Assembly (NCBI RefSeq): GCF_036321535.1
Contig: NC_087436.1
Location: 39,744,001 to 39,808,000 of the forward strand
Length of the DNA: 64,000 bases
Source of the DNA: Camelus dromedarius
Lineage: Eukaryota
Direction of reading: 5' to 3'
Numbering within the stretch: position 1 is the stretch's first letter; the number at the start of each line of letters is the position of its first letter. Shown here piece after piece: positions 12,403 to 26,300 of the stretch. The notes under the pieces were generated by a model, which worked only from the letters and a program-made list of their open reading frames with translations, made no database searches and had not been told where the DNA came from. Position numbers and translations under genes: made by a program.

Positions 12403-13539
12403 TCTAATTATACCTTTTTCATTTAATCTATTTTTCTCTTTCAGTTATAGAGGAGGAGCAGAAAGTTGGGGTGGGAAGAGGCTACTGTCCATGAGTGCAA
12501 TATTATCCCCAAACTGGTCTAGAACACCAGATTTTTGTGTCATACAATTTATAGTCTCCTTCTCATAAATAATTAGTATTCTTGATGGAATGCTTCAATA
12601 ATTTTCTAATATTTAATGGGATTAATACTTGTTCTGGGAAATCATTCACCTGTCTACTCAACTGTCATTCATCTAGTGATCCCTATTAAGAGTAAATCTT
12701 TGAATTAGCCTACTGGGGGCCTTATTTCTTGTAGTAAGATTGTAATAAAACTTGGGCACCTACTCACAACTACATTGTTAGAAGTTTTGTTTGTTTGTTT
12801 ATTTTTTCACCACACTTCCTTCCCACTCTTTAGCTAGATCTGAGCTGGGTTAAGAGATTTGTTTATATTGAATTAAACTTAGAGACATAATACTACATAA
12901 AATTGGACTGAAAGTTTTAATTATTGAAGTGAGATGAGATTACTCCTGTGACTAAGATGTGCTGTAAAGGCTAAAGTGCTTATAGGAAGAACTAGAGCCC
13001 ACTGAGTACTGGAGGGGTAAAAGGGGAAAGAATAAAGTAGCTTTTTCATTGTGCTCTACTAAACAAGGTTATTATCATTTAGTTATCCATATAAGTCTTC
13101 ATACATACCTGTGACCCCCCACACTGAGGTAACTTCTCTTTCCGTTGATTCATGAGCACGGCTCACGTTGCATTAGTGCAGTGTACTAGTCAGTGTGTGA
13201 TTGTAGGTCTAGTCACCGGCTTTTCAGTGATAGATGCTTGAGATAATGTACTGAAGGCAGAAATTCCCTGTTAGTTGGTGGAGACTCTAATATGATGCAA
13301 AATGTCTGAGATCATTTGTATAGTTAATAAAAACTATTAGGCGATAACTAGATATTCTCTCAGCTTTCAGATACTTCACCATTTCTTTTATTCACTCAGA
13401 CCTTTATATGCTACCAGACTCTTTCCTATCATAATTATGGTACATCAAATTCAATTTGCAGGTTTTTTTTGTTTGTTTTTTTGGTTTTTTTGGTGGAAGT
13501 TAAAGAGAAGAAATGTTTTTAAAACTTATGTTAATATTT

Positions 13540-15560
13540 TACTCCCTGATCTTCATTCATTTCTAGTTGAGTGTCTTGCCCATATTCTATGTATAATAAT
13601 TAACAGTTAAATTGGATGAAATAACATGATCTCATATGCAAAGGAAAACAAAATCCTGTCTCTTAGTTTGGCTGGTAGAAAACCACAGTCATTGCCTCTG
13701 TGCTCATTACTCCAGCAATGTTTCACAAATCTATCAATTTTATCAAATGTTTGTCTTCTGAAGTTTGTACTTTGTTGTTTGGTACATAAATCTTTGTATC
13801 AGTTTGGGGGATTTATGTTTGATTGTTATTAATACCCTTCTTTATGTCATTAGTTCTTTGAACCTGAATTCTGTTTTACATCCTATGGACAATGCCACAG
13901 TCCTGCTTTCCTTTTGCTGGCAGTTATTTGATGTATCTTGATTCATCTCTTTATTTTTAACCTTAAAGAAAAAATGCTTTGTTTTAGACGTATTTTCTGT
14001 AAACAGCCTTTCTTTTCAGTAAGCCTTCTGTTTGTTTTTTTCCGGTCATGATTTGTTAAGTATGTGCCATGTGTTTGTTGTGGGATCCTTCCCCTATTTA
14101 TCATCCAGTGCTCTGATTTGAACTTTGGTTCTAACTCAGTCTAAGGGTCATGGATTTTGATAGCAGTGCTCAGCCTATTCATGGTTATTTGGTCTTGGGG
14201 GACTGGTTTGAAGTGACCCTTCATTATGTTTATTTAGGTACCAGTTTATATTTATTCTTAAGTTTACTTTTTCATGTTACTATTTTTTATTTCTTTATCT
14301 TTTTTAAAGAATGACAAGGTGATATTTCATCTTCCACAACTTTGTTCAACTTCATCCATTTAGAAATTCTGCTTTGCATCCTGCCTTGCATTTATAAGTA
14401 ATTTTCCCCCTTTCTTTTGCTTAGTGGTTACTTTCCTATTTCTAACTCTCATACATGTAAGTATAATTTCCAGGACATTTTACTTGCCACTAACTCCCCA
14501 TCCACCAATAAGATTCGACTTTTTGCTTTTCTTATGCACTTATCAAGATGTGCAATACTTTATTTCTGCAAACTCCTAGGTTTTGCTCAGATAATCTAGA
14601 CTTTTATTTCCAAGCTATTATTAGATTTTATCTTAATTATAAAATATCTTTGATTTCTAAAATCCTCACTTTTCACTTAAGCATTAGTTTCTACTCATAT
14701 TATCATCTGCGTAAATTTAGTAAGAATATAAGAGTCATTGCTCATCACTCTTTCCTTATATTTTGTATTCTCCCAGCTTGGGATCCTATTTTTGAATTCA
14801 TTTTTATTCCATTGTAGTGCCTCCTCAAGTACGCTCCCTAGATAAGTCCATGGGTTGTGTACTCAGTAAGCTTTGAATGTCAACTGTGTTTTAAAAAATC
14901 TTTTATAAGAATGATATCTTGACTGATGAGTGTGGGATTCTTCAATAATGTGCCTTTTCTTTGCTTTAAAATTATTTCAGTATTTTCAGAATTACAGATA
15001 AGAAGTCTGGCATTTATACAGTTATCATTCCTTGGCAAGTAATCTTTTGCATAAAATTTGTTTTTATAGCTCTTTTCAGTTCAGAGAAAAATTGAGCGGA
15101 AAGTATAGAGTTCTCATACACCCACATCATTCCCCACAGCTTCCCCGACTCTCAACAGCCCACATCAGGGTCCAGTGTTTTTATAAAGATTTTTAATTTA
15201 AGTTTGAAGTTGAGAAGGCTCATCAAGAAATATCTCAATATGTGTTAAGAAATTAGTTATGCTGAAGAATCATTCTTTAAAGGCAGGAAGCTTTCATCCA
15301 TCATTACTTTCATTACAACTAACTCATCCTCATTCTTTTTTCCTTTTATTTTGAAATGCCTAGTACTTGAATATTTATACATTAACTCTCCTATTTTATC
15401 TTTCAGGTTTAATATTTCATTCATTATTTTTTTCATTTGTTTTCCCCTTTGAATTATGATGCATCTTTTCCTATTTGACTTCCGTGCATCTGTAGGAATC
15501 ATCTGTTCTGGTTGTTCAGTTTGTTCCATCTTTTTCAATCTATTATGTCTCCTTAAGTGG
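13540..15560 (-). mobile_element. Decayed ancient L1M fragments, with an L1MC-type 3' UTR piece at about 15060-15175
   Basis: Antisense L1 composition; TTTTCAGTTCAGAGAAAAATTGAGCGGAAAGTATAGAGTTC is typical of L1MC 3' ends. Confidence 0.55.
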
Positions 15561-15564
15561 CTTT

Positions 15565-15652
15565 AAAATTTTTTTTTTAAAGGGAGGTATTGGGGATTGA
15601 ACCCAGGATCTCATGCATGCTAAGCATATGCTCTACCAACTGAGCTATACCA
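15565..15652 (-). mobile_element. tRNA-Ala-derived SINE (Vic-1-like)
   Basis: Poly-T then GAGGTATTGGGGATTGAACCCAGG...CTCTACCAACTGAGCTATACC. Confidence 0.85.
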
Positions 15653-15789
15653 ACTGCCAGTTTGTGGTTTTTATTTACTTGTTTGTTAGGATGTAATGTG
15701 ACCCTTCAATAACCATGCGAGTCAGTGTGTTCAGCCTCTTCGGTAGTAGGGGACAAAAGGCAGTGAAAGATGGGAAAGATGGAGCTGAA

Positions 15790-15798
15790 TTGTTGTTG

Positions 15799-15830
<32 letters not shown>

Positions 15831-15843
15831 GGTGGTGGTGGTG
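15790..15843. repeat. Compound microsatellite (TTG)n(GTG)n
   Basis: Directly visible perfect trinucleotide runs. Confidence 0.95.
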
Positions 15844-16174
15844 ATAGTGTGTGTGAATGACCAGCAGGCAATCTGAGATATTTCTTTTCAGTTATTTTGG
15901 GATGAACTCTGTTTTCAAGTAAAGGTGAGCTGGGGCTCTCCTAGGCACCACACTGTTATCTCTTGACTGTGCCGCTAGTGTGAGGGAGAAGCAGGACACA
16001 GCAAATGGACAGGGCCAGTGAGGGAGGTACTCAGGCCAGCCAGGTGGCCCCAGGTTGTCTTTCTGCACATCTGCTCAGCAGGCAAGTCTCTTCCCATGCT
16101 CCGTCATCTGGGCTACTCCTTCTCCTGCTGTAGCACGGCCCTTAATTCCCAAAGATGTCCAGGCTCAAAGCTGT

Positions 16175-16570
16175 CTGTGTTAGGGTGAAGTGGGGGTATT
16201 GTAACAAAAAGATCAAAACCCAGAACAGCCTAAAAAGCGAGTTTATTTCTCTCTCACACAACTGTGATGAGTGACTGAGGGCAACTGTCAGCTCTGCTTT
16301 ACTCTGCAGATGCTTCCTCCCCTCAGGTGATTGTCATCCGAATGACCAAAGGCAAGTTACCATGAACTGTACCTGCGGGAAAGGGAAAAGCTTAGGGTAC
16401 GTGCATGATTTTAAGCCAGGCCTGGAAGTGCCACACATCACCCTATACACATTCATCAGTAAGAACTCAGCCAATGGCAACATGTGGCACAGAGAATGCG
16501 AGGAGGTATATTCCCTAGTAGACAGCCTTGAAATAGCTAAACCCTATTTCTATGGAAGGAGAATAAATTG
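16175..16570 (-). mobile_element. Old MLT1-type MaLR LTR
   Basis: TGTAACAAAAAG...GTTTATTTCTCTCTCACA...GGCCTGGAAGTGCCACACATCAC pattern. Confidence 0.6.
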
Positions 16571-17109
16571 GACTTTTAGTCCAGTGAGACACCTTAATCA
16601 TAGTGTTCAAACTTTTCTAGAAATGAATCCAGTGGTTAGCTTGTTATTTTATTAGTTGCATCAATCACTCCAGGAAGGAGTTGGGAGAGACAAAGGGTTG
16701 GTGGCAACTCACGTACCCAGAACATTGCATAGTTTCTGACTAATGACTGTATGAACCTGCTGCAGGGACAATGCTTTACATTTAGGACTTACTAGCACTC
16801 TGTAGTGATCTGTAATTTATAGGCTAAATAGGACACCTTTGATAACAAAGGGGGCACTACTAATAAGCACACTAAGACACTGGGAAAACTGCAACAAATC
16901 TATTGAGTTCTTGACTCTGAAGACTGAAAAATCAGTTTTCTTCTGGAACTATTATTTTGCTGTAAAATTTAGGCTGGGAATGGAGAGATTATTATCAACC
17001 AAACAAGGGTCAGTTCTGCAGATTTCCATGTTACTCCTGCTGACTACGTAGTCTCTAGGACTAAGCAGGAGAGTCCTGACCCACGGGCTTACGCACGATT
17101 GAAATGACA

Positions 17110-17305
17110 GGTCACAGTGCAGCTCTCAAGGTGCTTTCACACACACTGTCTCTTTTGACAGTCACACGAGTGCTATGTGGTAAGTGGTATTAAATCCATT
17201 GTATTAGTGAAGAAGAGACCCAGGAGGATGAAGATTATGAAATGTAGAACCAGAACCAGACTTCACGCCTCCTACGTCCACTGGCTGCGCTCTTCACCAC
17301 ACCAG
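17110..17305 (-). mobile_element. MIR SINE
   Basis: GTGCTTTCACACACACTGTCTC...CCATTGTATTAGTGAAGAAGAGACCCAGGAGG...CTCTTCACCACACCA. Confidence 0.6.
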
Positions 17306-18499
17306 GAGGTTCGCTCTCACTCGGACCCCAGCCTTTCTTTGGAGGGGACTTCTCAGCGAGAACGGAATGTATTCAGCTCCTTGAAGTATTAGCTGAAAAA
17401 GAGATACTGAATGCTGGCAATATCGACTTTGGAATTTAGGATTGAAGAGATCATCAGGGACTCACCATTCTCCTTTGTCTCAGGTTCCATTATGGATACA
17501 TGTGTGGAATTTGTTTCTAGGAAGAAACATTTATGGTTCTCCTTTATTGTCATTCCTTCTTCATTAATAGTAATAGTCTTTTTGTTATTCTTTTTCCTCT
17601 GAAATTGTTTTCCAAAAAATTTAAAACCTTGGGAAAATATTTTTAGGCTCTAATGTTACAATGTTTTGTTGACTATTTTGTGAATACTTTTAAACCAGTT
17701 TGAGTTTTCACACACAATATGATACAACTTGAGTATCTCTGATTACGTGACAATTGTTTGTCCTGTTTATTCATAATTTCTAATACTATCTATTTTTATT
17801 CTGTTTATATAAACTATAACATCTGGAAGAGATCTTAGAGATCAAATAATTTGTCTCCTAAAGCCCCACTTTATAGGTGAAGGCAGACTCCAGATACCTA
17901 ATTCCTTCCAAACAGGGAAAAAAAAACGCAGGAAAAAACTACCAAACCAAACCAAATAAAGATACCCAGTATCAAATACAAAATAAACTGTTAGGACCAT
18001 AAAATAATAAATCTTTAGTGCACTTCCTTTATTCAGTTGAAATCCAGATCTTTTATTTCAGTTTTGCTTGCTGATATTGAGGCTACCCCAGATATAGAAC
18101 AGTTTCTAAAAATTACAGGTTTTAAAATCACTTGATTACATCTCTTTTACAACAGCATCAATGGTTCTAATTTTTTTCATTTCTTTAACTTTCTGAAGAC
18201 TCTTACAATTCTTACAATCCACATCACCGCAAAACTAAAGTGTTAGAAAATGGTCTTAATGTCTGAAAGACACTGGTACTGCCTTGCTCATTATCTCTTA
18301 GGCATTTACCATTTCTGGGCATGTTAGTGTCTTCTTACTGCAAACAGCTGCCACTCTCATCCAGAGGACTTTCTGTTTGCAGAAGTCAGCTTGGTTCCCC
18401 GAACAGGGAAAGCCAAGGTGCCAGGCAGTAAGTGCTCCTGGGAGAAGCCTTCAACCTGTCATGGATAGGGGTGGATAAAATCCAGCTTTTCTGCTACTG

Positions 18500-19080
18500 A
18501 AAATCCACAAATAGTGGTCCTGGCAGAAGTACTATGGGCAGAGAAGACAATCTTTGCCCAGAAAATGTATGTATTCCTGTGAGGATGCAGCACTGCATCC
18601 TCTGGGAAGGGTCAGTGTAATCAGTCAACCTAACACATGGTAACTGGCTGGTTCTGCCAGAGATATTGACATTTCAGGGGCTCAGCACTGGTCTGGCCTC
18701 TACCATTTGCAGGGTGGGCAGACAGCAGTGATGGTATCATGTAGCTGAACTCACCTATGGCCTCCATCCTCATAACTTGATCAAGTCACGTGAAGGCCCA
18801 CTGAATAAGGAGAGGAAGTGCTGGGGAAGAAAACTGACATCTTTAGGATGGGTCATATTGTGCCCTGTCACTGAGAGCCTACTCTGCATTGATGTACCTA
18901 CAGTGGCGTTCACATGTCACATGCTGTTTGCATTTTGAAATCATTCTACCCATACACATAACTTTCCCCAGACATCCTTGTCACAAATTTTCCGATTTTT
19001 TTCTCCAAGTTCTTGATTGCCCAGGTGGCCCAAAGTTTTCCTCCACTGCCGTTCAGAGCTACCCCTGAGTGTGGTTGTAG
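18500..19080 (-). mobile_element. ERV-L pol remnant (RNase H / integrase N-terminal region)
   Basis: TTTCCCCAGACATCCTTGTCACAAATTTTCC reads KICDKDVWGK on the minus strand, similar to ERV-L KIGDKExWG. Confidence 0.65.
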
Positions 19081-19442
19081 AACAGTGGCTCCAAGTGTGA
19101 CTAGAGGAAGAAACAGCAAAGCAAAAGAGACAATTACCATGGAAGTCTAAACTTTCTGTTCATAAGGTATACTAGTGCCTTCTTCAGCTCCAGTCAGTGA
19201 AATCTTATGCAAAAAACTAACACTTTTCAAAAGGAACAACCAAAAAAAAATTCTAATTTTCAAAATTTGTGAACTGTTAGCCAAGTTTGTGTAAGTGATC
19301 ATAAACTTTCTACACTTAGACATATCAAAACACAGCAAAGTTTGATCCTTTTTTCCTAGGAAAGAGCACCTGTCTTAATCAATTTAACAAATATGAAGTG
19401 ATTAATACATGACTAACACTCTCTTTGTCTACTGTATGCATA

Positions 19443-19598
19443 CAGTGCTGTACAATAGAATGTATGGCTACTGAACACTTGGGATGTGGCTGGAGTGACT
19501 AGGGAATTGCATTTTAAATTTTATTTCATTTTAATGCAGCTAAATTTAAAATTCAATGGTCACATGTGGCTAGTGTCTGTTATATCAGAGAGCGGAGC
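19443..19598. mobile_element. MER3 (hAT-Charlie) DNA transposon
   Basis: CAGTGCTGTACAATAGAA...GGCTACTGAACACTTG...GTCACATGTGGCTAGTG. Confidence 0.75.
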
Positions 19599-19629
19599 AA
19601 TAGATTAATCATTTTAAACATTTTGCTAA

Positions 19630-21165
19630 TTTGTAAATATTTTCTCCCATTCCATAGGTTGTCTTTCACTCTATTGATTGTTTCCTTTACTGTGCAAAAA
19701 GATTTTTAGTTTGGTATGGTGCAACTTGTCTTTTTTTTTTTTTTTTTTTTGGTTTTGTTGCCTGTTTTTGAGGTCATAGCCATGAAATACTTGTCAATAC
19801 CAATCCCATAAAGCTGTCTACTATATTTTCTTCTAGGAGTTTTATATTTTCAGGTTTAAATCTATTTTGAATTGATTTTTGTGTATGGCATAAGAGTCCA
19901 ATGTCTTTCTTTTGCATGTGGCTACCCAGTTTTTCCAACACCCTTTGTTGAAGTCACTGTCATTTCCCCATTGTATAGTCTTGGCACCCTTGTCAAAGAC
20001 CTGTTGATCACACATGTGTGGGTTTATATCTGGGCTCTCTATTCTCTTCCATTGGTCTATATGACTGTTTATGCCAGTACCATACTATTTTGATTACTAT
20101 AACTTTGTCGTATATTTAGAATTCAGGAAGTGTGATGCCTACAGCTTGATTCTTCTTTTTCAAGATTGTTCTGGTGATTCAGAGTCTTTTGTGGTTCCAC
20201 CTGAATTTTAGAATTGTTTTTTCTATTTCTGTAAAAAATGCCATTGGGATTTTGATAGGAATTGCATTCAATCTGTCCATAGCTTTGGGTAGTATGGACA
20301 TTTTAACAATATTAATTCTTCCAATCCATGAACATGAGATATCTTTCCAGTTATTTTTATATTCTTTAATTTATCTCATCAATGTTTTGTACTTTTCAGT
20401 GAACAAGTTTTTCATTTTGTTAGTTAAGTTTATTCCTAAGTGTTTTCTTATTTTTGATGTTATTGTGAATGGGATGAAAAGCAAAAACAAAAGGCAAGTG
20501 CTGGTGAGAATATAGAGAAATTGAAACCCTTGTGCACTGTTAGTGGGAATGCAAAATGGTGCAGCTGCTGTGGAAAACAGTATGGAGATCCTCAAAAAAA
20601 TAAAAATGGATCTGCCACATGACTCAGCAAACCTACATCTAGGAATTTATCTAAAAGAATTGAAATCAGAATCCTGAGTAGATATTAGCACTCCCATGTT
20701 GACTGCAGCATTATTCATGATAGCCAAGATATAGAAACAACCTAAATATTAATTGAAAGATGAATGGGTTAAAAATATGATATACACATACAATGAAATA
20801 CTATTCAGCTTTTAAAAGAAGGAAATCCTGTCATATACAATAATGCATATGAATCTTGGCGACACTATTTTGAGTGAAATAAGCTAGTCACAGGACAATG
20901 ACTGCATGATTCCACTTATATAAGATCTAAAATAGTCAAATTCATAGAAACAGAGTAAAATGGTGGTTGCCAGGGGTTGGAGGGAGGGAGAAATAGGAAT
21001 TGCTAATCAGCTGGTATAAAAGTTCAGCTGTGCAAGATGAGTGTTTTCTAAAGGTCTACTGTACAACACTGTGCTTAAGATAATAATGCTGTACTGTGCA
21101 CCTAAAAATCTGTTGAGAAGGTAGAGCTCATGTTAAGTGTTCTTAGTCACAATAAAAACAAAAAG
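19630..21165 (+). mobile_element. 5'-inverted L1 (L1MA8/9-like): inverted ORF2 part about 19630-20473, sense 3' part about 20474-21165
   Basis: Minus part encodes IPFTITSKIRKHLGINLT through EWEKIF; plus part starts at the C-terminal CW...HCxWECK region and ends in the 3' UTR with AATAAA and an A tail. Confidence 0.9.
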
Positions 21166-21289
21166 AATATTTCCCATAATGAAAGATAAACTGAATAGGC
21201 AGATTCAAAACACTCACTGTATTTCAGTGACTCAAAAATATTAAGTATAAAAAGAAGAGAGACATTTTCTGGTAAACTAATTGATTTAA

Positions 21290-21650
21290 AAATTTTTTTT
21301 TTAAATTCGCTTTTTTTAAGAACAGTTTTCAGTTTACAGAAAAATTGAGAGTATAGTACACTGAGTTCCCATATAACTGCCCTCTCCCATTCTATACTTA
21401 TATGGTACATTTGTTACAATTAATGAACTGACACTGATATACTGTTATTAACTAAAGTCCAAACTTTATTTATATTTTCTTAGGTTTTAGCTGCTGTCCT
21501 TTTTCTGTTCCAAGATCCCATCCAGGGTACCATATTTTATTTCGTTGTCACATTTATAAAAGCTCCTCTAGGCTGTGTTGGTTTCTCAATCCTCCCTTAT
21601 TTTAGATGACTTTGACAGTTTTGAGGAGTACTGGTCAGGTATTTTGTAGC
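21290..21650 (-). mobile_element. L1MC-type 3' UTR fragment
   Basis: CAGTTTACAGAAAAATTGAG...GACAGTTTTGAGGAGTACTGGTCAGGTATTTTGTAG. Confidence 0.8.
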
Positions 21651-21669
21651 TAAGCAAATAATTAAAAAA

Positions 21670-22003
21670 ATTTTTAAAAAACAGAAGTATAGTTGATTTA
21701 TAATATTATATTAGTTTCAGGTGTACAGTATAGTGATTCAGTATTCTTATAGATTGTACTCCTTTAAAAGTTATTACAAAATAATCGCTATAATTACTTG
21801 TGCTGTACCATATATCTTTGCAGCACTATTATACATGCATATATACACACATATATATATACACACAATGGAATATTAGCAAAACAGAAACAGACCCTCA
21901 GATATAGAAAACAAACTAGTGGTACCAAGAAGGAGAGGGGAGTGGCGAGGGGCAAAATAGGGGTATGGGATTAAAAGATACAAACTGCTATGTATAAAAT
22001 AAA
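21670..22003 (-). mobile_element. Short cetartiodactyl-type L1 3' end with an inverted 5' part
   Basis: About 21685-21820 is the antisense terminal 3' UTR; about 21821-22003 is the sense upstream 3' UTR (AGAAAACAAACTAGTGG...GATACAAACTGCTATGTATAAAAT). Confidence 0.8.
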
Positions 22004-22599
22004 CTCATTGATTTTTCAAGTTTAAAGAAGGAAGCTTGCAAGCATCCAGGGAAAAGAAGCAGAAGGTCACATGCAAAAAGTAAGATGACGTTAGAGTTCT
22101 CAGCAATTTTAGGTGACAGATGACAACAGAGACACCTCTACAATGTATAAAAAAGAAATAAATATAACCCAACATTCCCATCACCAGTTGACTTGTCATC
22201 CACTGCAAACACAAAATGAAGATGAATTTGACAGACCCAAGATCAGGAAGTAGAGCATTTATCTATTTGCTGGTAAAATATATACTGATAAATCATGTCC
22301 ATTTAATAGGATTATATTTAAATAATCATGAAAAATAAAAATATGAAATGAAATGCAAAGGCCATAATTTTTAAAATAAAAATGCCTAATATGAATAATA
22401 ATTTAACTCTAGAAACAAACAAAAAAAGAACAGTTAACTATAACAGGATTTGGAATAATGGAGAAGTGGCCAATAAGAAGTGAAAAAATCAGAAATGAAT
22501 GAATATCAGTTATAAAGCACATTAGCTCCTATCTCTGGGCTGAGATAGAGTCATCCAGCAACCTTCTACTACCCCTCACCTCACTCCCTTCTTTAGACT

Positions 22600-23390
22600 G
22601 AGAACCAGACCTCCTTGGAGAGGGCAGGGCTGGGCTCACTGAGTGATGGAGAAATCAATGAGGCTCTGCACCAGTGAGACTTGCTGGAGTCAGAGTTCTG
22701 TGGAAGTCATTTGCAGGGCTGTGCTATGTCTCACGACCTGCTATAAAATCATTGGAGGAGATGCCATCGGAAGCCACTCATGGGTGGCCACTGCATGCTG
22801 CATGGAGTTGGAAAAATTGTTCTCTGTGGAAACTGGGTGCTGATGAAAGTTACACACCTTGCAGGTGCCCAGAGCTTGAAAAATAGTGTTCTGCAGGAAC
22901 TTGGCATTGGACACAAGGTACTCTGCAAGGGGCAGAAGTAGAGAGAGCTGCACCCTGCAAGACCCAGCACTGGAGAAATCTTGCTTGGTAGGACCTGAGT
23001 GCTGACAGGTGGATGCAGAGGGAATCATGGCATCAGAAGCTGGCCTGCTGGCAGAGCAGCACAAAAGCAGGCAGGTGCAGTGTTCATGTCAGAAGGGGCT
23101 CAATGAAATGGTCACACGATGGGCATGCAATTGGAGCAGAGAGACATTGAATGTCTTTGTACATAATGACATAATGTCAACTTTAAAGGAGGTGCAAGAA
23201 AACCCCCTAAATAGCAGCACACTGGGATTGGAAAGAGCCTCTTTCTTGTGCAGTCTTCCTCCTGCTCCCTCTAATGATAAAGCCTAATGTGCTTGTTGCA
23301 AAAGAAGGACGCTTATAAGATCTATAGGTCTATTATCCCAGAGCAGATAATCCCAGAGCTGAGAGGCCATAGATTGATAACTGGCATACA
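22600..23390 (-). mobile_element. Old ERVL LTR (LTR41/LTR50-like)
   Basis: Right end GAGCTGAGAGGCCATAGATTGATAACTGGCATACA resembles the reverse complement of TGTGCCAGTTATCAATTTATTGCCTCTCAGCTC. Confidence 0.6.
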
Positions 23391-26300
23391 GGTATATTGT
23401 GACTTTAGCATTAAAATAAATCTGTAGCCTCAACTGTTAAATGTATCTAATGTTATCTAAATAACATTGTGATTTTCCACCATCTTCATCCATTTGTAAA
23501 TCACATGAACAAACTCTTCAATAGTCAGAAATGTTGTCATTCCTTTTTCTTTTTCTTTAAAATAGTATTTCCATTTCACTTCTGGATAACTTTACTGTGT
23601 TTTATTTGTAATTCTTTCATACTTCACTGACATAAAATATGTCTGTGAATTTAAATGAAATATTTGGATTCCTTATTACGGTAAGGGAGAATATGGCATT
23701 TTAAGGAGCCTCGTATTAGCAATGTCATTCAACTCTTTTCAGTCCTTCCTAATTAAATACCAAATATCACCGAGTGATCTATAAACTACTTTTAATACTT
23801 TCCTACCTGATGATTTGACTAGGTTCTCTTTCATTTTGTTGAAACAAAGAACTGGAAATCACAGGTTTTGCAAAAGAACGTGTAACCTAGTCATTAGAGT
23901 CATTCGCTTTCTCAATTTTGCCAAAGTATACAAAAAAGCCTTTAGGGTAGACCACAAAAGGCTCCAATTTTACCTGTCACTCTTTCACTTAGAATCTTAG
24001 AATAGTCAAAGATATAAGGGGAAAAATCAACCCTATAAAATTCGAAATTGTGTTATTTTCTTATGAACTCTGAACGAACACATATATAGTCATCCAAGTT
24101 TCAAACTGCCATAAAAAGGCATAACAGATGGACAAAGAAGACACTTGAGAATTTTTACAAATAGGGACATATTAATAATTTTATTTTACAGTTTTAAACA
24201 ATTGAGATAATAATTACACCCATGAAATAATCAGAACAGCATAATAGTTACTGAGTGTGAGTCAGCACATCTCAGATTGCTCTTTGGAATATTGTATGCT
24301 ACAATTGTACATAAATAGACGTTCTGATACCCATAGGTTTACACTTTGGGTCAGGTTTTCAGAAATATTGGCCCGGTAGCTATCAGATAAGTGTTTCTTT
24401 TAGGAACTAATAAAAGCGTTCTGGCCTTTTCTCAGATTAGAGATGCCAGAGGAAAGGTAAGTTAACTTAAAGATAGATCAATAAAAATTATCCAACTGGA
24501 AGAGCACAGACTAAAAAAGATTCAGGAAAAATAAAGAGCCTCAGTGATCTCAGCAACTTATCAAAAGTCTAGCATATGGGTAAAGTCCAAAGAAAAGTGA
24601 GGAAATATTTGAGGAAGTAATAGTATAAATTTTCCTAAATTTGATGGAAAAAAAAATCAACTTATAGACCCTAAATGGAATAAATATGACTAGGCACAAC
24701 ATGGTAAAATTGTAGAAAACCAAAGATTAAGAGAAAATCTTGAGAGCAGCCAGAGGAGAAAAATATTACATACATTTGGACAATTTCATAGACGATATCT
24801 GACTTCACATCAGGAACAATGGAAGGAGAAGATGATAGAACAAATTTATTTAAAGTTCTGAAAAATTTCTGTCAATCCATATTTCTTTATCCAGCAAATT
24901 ATCTGTCAAAACTGAGGTAAAATAAAGGCATTTTTAAACAAATGAAAGCAGAGAGAATTCAATTCCATTAGACTTGCACTATAAGGAATGTAAGGGGAAG
25001 TTAGTTTTTTCATTCAGCTGAAGGGAAATGACATGAGATGGCAGTTCAGATCTATGGAAATGAAGCACCAGAAATTGTAATATGTGAGTAAATATAAAAA
25101 ATGCATTTATTCTTTTCATTTCAGGAAAGGCAACCGATAACTTAGAGCAAAAATAATTACATTGTATGGGGGTTTTATAATATATGTAGTAGTAGATAAT
25201 GTTAACAATATATCAAAGAATAAGAAGTGACAGTATATGGAATTATACTGCATAAGGGGTTTGTATTTGTAAAGCAGGAAATGCAAAGTGATAAAGGAAT
25301 AATGCAAAGAGACTTTGATTAATATAGCATGCATATAGTTACACATAAAGAACATTAAATAGTAAAAATACATCTGGCTAAAGCACTAAAATCAGATGTG
25401 AATGTGTTTCATTAACCTAATGTAGTCAGGAAAAAAAGCAATAGAGGGAAAACAATTTGGAAAAAATAGAAAAAAAGTTGCAAGATGGTAGATTTAAATG
25501 CACCTGTATCAATAATTATATTTATTTGATCTAAACATGCCAATTGAAAGGCAATGATTGTCAGACTGGATAAACAAGACGCAACTAAATACTAACTACA
25601 TGAAAGGCACATTTTGTAAAGAGAGTCAGAAAAGTTGAAAGTAAAAGGATGAAAAAGTATATATTACACAAACAGTGGTTGATATAGCTATATTTGTTTC
25701 AGAAAAGATAGTCTTCAACATAAGGATTAATTTATCAGGAAGACATAATAATCATAAATCTGTATGCACCTAATAACAGAACTTGAAAATACCTGAAGCA
25801 AAAATTGATAGGTTTAATGGGAGAAATTGATAATTTCACAAGCACAGCTTTAGATTTTTAACATCCTTCTTTCAGTATTTCATAAAACAGGTAGATACAA
25901 AACCATCAATGAGCACTGTATGTATGTATATATCTTGTCATTATGTTGTACACCTGAAACTAATATGATATTTTATGTCAATTATCTCAATGAAAAAACA
26001 GTAATAATATAAAAGATATACAGAACATTATCACCAAATCAATATTTATATAACAATACATCCAATAACTATGGATTATAATTCTTTTCAATTAATTTCT
26101 TTCCAAGTACACACTGAACACTCGACAAGATATAACATATATTGGGACATAAAATAAGTCTCAATAAAGTTGAAAACATTGAATTCTTAGAGTTGTTCTT
26201 GGACTGCAAGAGAATTGAATTAAAGCATTAAAAAGTAAGTTATGTAGAAAATCCCAAATATTTGAAAATTAAAAAGCATGCTTCTTGGTAACTTATGGGT

